DNA from: Paraglomus brasilianum
Taxonomy: Eukaryota
Length of the DNA: 41,104 bases
Assembly (NCBI GenBank): GCA_910592345.1
Contig: CAJVPI010000225.1
Span: forward strand, 1-41,104
Direction of reading: 5' to 3'
Positions 40,108 through 41,104 of this stretch are shown here, piece by piece. The number at the start of each line of letters is the position of its first letter. Within the stretch, counting starts at the first letter, position 1. Position numbers and translations under genes: made by a program. The notes under the pieces were generated by a model. The model was not told the DNA's origin. It saw only the letters and a list, made by a program, of their open reading frames with translations, and searched no databases.

Positions 40108-40883
40108 TTAGGAATCCAATATCTATCTTTTTTTTCCCTCTATAAATGATTGAACAGAACACATTCATCGTCCATGACCGATTGACTTCTGTTGTGTGAG
40201 AGACATTTTAGACAATAGATTGTGTCAGTTTAGTGTATGACATTATGAGAGACCTTTTTTTGTTATATATTTTGAAAGAAAACGGCTCTGTTCAGATCTT
40301 CATACCAGGCACAGACAGTTGAACGAAACGCCAACAATGATGCTTGCGGAGAGAAAGATTCCATGTTGTGCTTCTGCTGGTGCCATCTATACTATTCAGA
40401 ATATAAAATGGTTGGTTTTGAGTTAACATTTGGGTGATACGTATGGTTCTATTAATAAGTAACATTTAGGGCTTGTATGGATGAATCATTTCTATTGATG
40501 TTGCAGTAAGATCTTAGTGTATTATCAGACAAAGTGAACATTTCATCACATGTACCAATAATGGTTGTGTGGCTGGGAAGACAACCATATAAATTTTGGA
40601 AAGGGATTAATTTTTACATGCATTTTTTGAGCCATGCCATAGTGACTGGTACATACTTTTACTTGTGATTGTAACATGTGTATTATAGGATTATGTATGT
40701 ATAAAAACATTTATAGAAGTGGCTCGCGATATAAGAAAGTGATCGGGACCCATTACTATTAGAAGTATTTTAAAAAAAGAGCAAGGAGAGAAAGTTGCCC
40801 TTTACATTTTTAAAATCAATGATACCCAAACTCTCTGGAAGTATCTAAATAAAGAAAAATTAATAAATTTACCAATATTTAAA

Positions 40884-41102
40884 TTACTTTTTTACTTTTA
40901 ATCAAGGTCATCTCTTATTTTCTTTAACTTCAATTTGAGCAACTTGTTGAGTCTGCTGTTTTCTTAAGAATTCAACCTCACTTTCAAGTCTTTGAATTTT
41001 ATCCAATAATTCTTGCTTTTGTTTATCATGTCAATCCTTTGAAACATCTAAGGCTTTCAAGTGAGAACTGATTTCTTCCTTAGCACTGGCTAGTTGCTGT
41101 TT
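40884..41102 (-). CDS. 3' part of a coiled-coil protein in genetic code 4 (TGA=Trp), Mollicutes-related endobacterium type; 5' part lies outside the window
   Basis: KQQLASAKEEISSHLKALDVSKD[TGA]HDKQKQELLDKIQRLESEVEFLRKQQTQQVAQIEVKENKR[TGA]P[TGA]LKVKK-TAA; three TGA, no TGG, no frameshift or intron. Confidence 0.75.
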
Positions 41103-41104
41103 TA

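Overview
Eukaryotic, intron-rich, AT-rich fungal nuclear DNA, most consistent with Mucoromycota (Glomeromycotina/Endogonales-like, inferred from the tyrosine-kinase-like pseudogene, repeat types, a U12 intron and an endobacterial-type fragment). Intact genes: a homeobox transcription factor with a long repeat-rich upstream region, mitochondrial Hsp70 (SSC1) divergent from EAF7, PUS10 convergent with PHO88/SND3, PWP1, and a NAK/Ark1-family kinase divergent from a small Apq12-like membrane protein. Between them are decayed mobile DNA (Tc1/mariner, MITEs, a LINE zf-RVT fragment, Polinton/Maverick-like integrase and A32-type packaging ATPase fragments), a TKL kinase pseudogene and an intronless GC-rich frameshifted FAD lactone-oxidase gene. 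Most notable: (1) an ORF at the right edge that reads cleanly only with TGA=Trp (code 4), suggesting DNA from Mollicutes-related endobacteria; (2) a 120-nt tandem pair of structured units with compensatory base changes, a candidate unknown ncRNA/ribozyme; (3) Polinton-like virus relics; (4) an in-frame 81-nt U12-type intron in the PUS10 catalytic domain. All calls are by eye; no searches were run.
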